DNA of 39,135 nucleotides from Dehalococcoidia bacterium (GTDB lineage Bacteria; Chloroflexota; Dehalococcoidia; DSTF01; WHTK01): NCBI GenBank assembly GCA_036514755.1, contig DATBWN010000022.1, positions 1 to 39,135 of the forward strand, read 5' to 3'. Shown piece by piece: positions 37,901 to 39,135 of this stretch (position 1 is its first letter; each line of letters starts with the position of its first letter). The notes under the pieces were generated by a model. It saw only the letters and a program-made list of their open reading frames with translations, ran no database searches and was not told where the DNA came from. The position numbers and the translations under genes were made by a program.

Positions 37901-39135
37901 ACCGACGCCAACGACAAGGTCACGACCTACGACTACGACGACGCCGACCGCCTCGTGAGCGTCCTCGACGCTGCCGGCAAGACGACGAGCTACGGCTACG
38001 ACGCCGTCGGCAACCGCACGTCCGTGATGAACGCGAACCGGGCCGTGGTCGGCGCGGCGGAGTCGGGTGCCGCCTGCGGCGCCTCGGGCACCGGCAACGG
38101 CGTCGACAACGACGGCGACACCGTCATCGACGACGGCTGCCCGTCGACTATCTACGCCTACGATGACCTCAACCGGCTCGCCTTGGAGACCGACGCCCTC
38201 GGCAACGTTTGGAGCTACGAGTACGACGCCGCCGGGCGGTTGGAGACGCGCACAGACGCCGAGGGCCAGGTCACGACCTACGGCTACAACAACCGCAACC
38301 AACTCACCTCCATCAACTACCCTCTGGGCACCGCCGACGTCAGCTTCGACTACGACAACGCCGGCAACCGCATCGAGATGGTGGACGGGACTGGCACGAC
38401 CACCTACACGCCGGACGCCCTCAACCGCCTCGCCTCCGTTACCTTTCCGGGCTCGCGCACCGTCGAGTACGGCTACGACGCCCTCGGCAATCGCGCGTCC
38501 ATCACCTACCCCGGCGGCGCCGACGAGGTGACCTACGGCTACGACGAGGCGCACAACCTCGTCTCCGTCACCGACTGGAACGACGCCGAGACGGTCTACG
38601 CCTACGACGACGCCGGCCGGCTCGACACCTTTACCCTGCCCAACGGCGTCGTCGGCACCTACGCCTACGACAACGCCGACCGCCTGGCCGGCATCGAGTG
38701 GGTCAAGGACGCCAACACGCTCGCCGAGGTCGCCTACACCCCGGACGCCGTCGGCAACCGCACGCAGCGCGTCGACGGTCTCGGCACCCACACCTACGGC
38801 TACGACGACCTCTACCGCCTGACGAGCGTCACCTACCCCGGGCCCCAGACCGACACCTACACCTACGACGCCGTCGGCAACCGGCTGACCAAGAACAGCG
38901 ACGACTACACCTACGACGCCGCCGACCGCCTTACCGCCGTCGAGGCCATAAGTTACGGTTACGACGACAACGGCAACCTCACGAGCCGCGGCAGCGACAG
39001 CTTCGCCTGGGACGCCGCCGACCGGCTCACCAGCGCTGCGATCAATAGCGTTGCGGCCTCGTACACGTACAACGGCGACGGGCTAAGGATGAGCCGAATC
39101 ATCGATAGCGTCACGCAGACCTACGACTGGGACGT
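34943..39135 (+). CDS. Secreted RHS/YD-repeat protein (partial; its 3' end runs off the window) with three tandem N-terminal beta-sandwich-like modules
   Basis: Absent from the ORF track because it is open-ended. ATG 34943 follows GGAGGGAGCC. The signal peptide is MGARRFFLALAFAIGLLCASE. Three modules of about 125-135 aa each end in a W(A/R)GQ(N/T)I(Q/K)(I/L) motif. From nt 36389 the RHS pattern begins: DPINTSNGNFYHQHTDVAIPAKGQVLGFSRSYNS...GYGWVHNY. YD repeats follow to the window end (TYDxxGNL/RxT, DALGR/PLGR). I checked the frame codon by codon at several points and found no stop. Confidence 0.9.
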   Translation, partial: MGARRFFLALAFAIGLLCASERVGVQPLDDALSLNQAEAASGATVPTPANASFDAPSYIDNYPPNSTFELEGEPVGTPPTNHDFATGDFTGWSYGSRTSVRAGGPTGYYGRLGSSSCGGLSGDITSSPFTIDSDTQVISLMRAWVGPCTDTKTFFVRVKVGSTVTGIHSSTCGCITGFERIDLDVSAWRGQTIQLFLRGYRGVGVTSVGEMRIELPDWTVEDGLAFQTADGPTGNFAALNRSTAIRSQSYTLGPNAQSLNLDLKFLDSPSGGNSFKVFVIPDGGQEVQVFSRICYCATGWEHHSIDLTDWAGQNIQIKATTHVASGRIAVDNLGVVNVDLPEWTVVKGLSRVDSGGPSDKYAVLYGSAGNEIISSPFTLSLEATKVRLSTKFLSFGSSGNILRVWVLSGPSFQTQTEVASRICYCVTEWEKLWANVASWAGQTIKLRITRDVTSSGSFGIDNVATNLLEPNLGLDPESEDTEDPINTSNGNFYHQHTDVAIPAKGQVLGFSRSYNSASTYSGDVGYGWVHNYAFSAEVQTDNSVIVRFPDGSTAHFAESGGSYVAPPGVFSTLVQNGDGSFTLTTVSALEYNFSAAGELTSIVDRNGNATTVSYDTNGFLSAVEDASGRSLTFTTDPSGRITEVADPLGRTVQFEYDGAGDLVEVTDVKGGTTTYAYSNHRMTSLADSNGHLQVTNVYDNANRVVEQADALGGVTCVYYGSGPTFTSTNCPGVTPTQQAGQTVVVDQRGKKTTYDFDTSFRTTSVTDHDGGVTSFGYDSDSNRTCVTDPLGHKTGFTYDSNGNVTGVIDAENTDASCELAQGGVQWTYTYTPLNDIDLETDALGRQVDYAYDTDGNLTQAIRKDSGGTTKQRACFTVPASGPNKGLATEVIESSTLSDCTGNVTKLEYDSYGNQAAVIDPRFSGQQTPPKTTMTYDLGGRRLMVTNELGHATTLTYDNQNNVLTVEDELLNVTTYTYDAKGNLLTITDANDKVTTYDYDDADRLVSVLDAAGKTTSYGYDAVGNRTSVMNANRAVVGAAESGAACGASGTGNGVDNDGDTVIDDGCPSTIYAYDDLNRLALETDALGNVWSYEYDAAGRLETRTDAEGQVTTYGYNNRNQLTSINYPLGTADVSFDYDNAGNRIEMVDGTGTTTYTPDALNRLASVTFPGSRTVEYGYDALGNRASITYPGGADEVTYGYDEAHNLVSVTDWNDAETVYAYDDAGRLDTFTLPNGVVGTYAYDNADRLAGIEWVKDANTLAEVAYTPDAVGNRTQRVDGLGTHTYGYDDLYRLTSVTYPGPQTDTYTYDAVGNRLTKNSDDYTYDAADRLTAVEAISYGYDDNGNLTSRGSDSFAWDAADRLTSAAINSVAASYTYNGDGLRMSRIIDSVTQTYDWD

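Noticed and set aside
36494-38791. Minus-strand ORFs 36494-37480 (328 aa) and 37622-38791 (389 aa), Val/Gly/Asp/Ala-rich.
   Set aside because: They are mirror frames of the plus-strand YD-repeat coding sequence, whose RHS signatures are unambiguous. ORF 35150-35908 (minus) likewise overlaps the RHS N-terminal modules and has no supporting motif.
1-39135. CRISPR arrays, rRNA or tRNA genes, transposases, integrases or IS elements.
   Set aside because: I saw no regularly spaced short repeats, no RNA gene signatures, and no DDE or tyrosine/serine recombinase-like ORFs in any frame that I inspected.

Overview
High-GC window; my hand counts on single 60-nt lines give about 78% GC in conserved leader segments and 53-58% in some accessory modules. 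One co-directional minus-strand gene array of about 30.6 kb (33419 down to 2799) dominates it. No intergenic gap exceeds 123 nt and many stop/start codons overlap. I read the array as a complete phage-tail-like extracellular contractile injection system (eCIS/PLTS, Afp/PVC-like). In transcription order it encodes: an enlarged sheath, a tube, two proteins in the P2 E/T (chaperone/tape-measure) positions, a DUF4255-type terminator, an AAA+ ATPase, a tube initiator plus a separate LysM protein, a gpD-like hub, a gpV-like spike, a PAAR-like tip, a gp25-like wedge, two baseplate-J-type proteins, a P2 gpI-like protein, a 1245-aa beta-helix protein and a hypothetical protein. No capsid, portal, terminase, integrase, replication or lysis genes are present. 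The 3' end of the array (9477 down to 2799) is the most interesting part. It holds five consecutive ORFs with different C-terminal domains, mostly HExxH zincin-like, that share one N-terminal leader: LQRQ, then a CxCGGGCPRC knuckle, then KLxxSxPGDxxExEAD. Two of the five carry the full DUF4157 module. I interpret this as a multi-cargo/toxin island with a common packaging leader. One small non-leader ORF sits inside it. The island also shows a 251-bp, roughly 98%-identical internal duplication, a beta-barrel-like C-terminal domain, and a recurrent C-terminal Arg-Phe. Upstream of the sheath lie a SARP/BTAD-type regulator, a small ORF and an 11-bp-phased direct repeat. The flanks are a partial family-5 ABC substrate-binding lipoprotein (1-1830, minus) and a divergently oriented, Sec-signal-bearing RHS/YD-repeat protein with three tandem N-terminal beta-sandwich-like modules (34943 to the window end, plus). 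Neither flanking gene is in the supplied ORF track, because both run off the window. All family names come from motif recognition by eye. No database search was possible.
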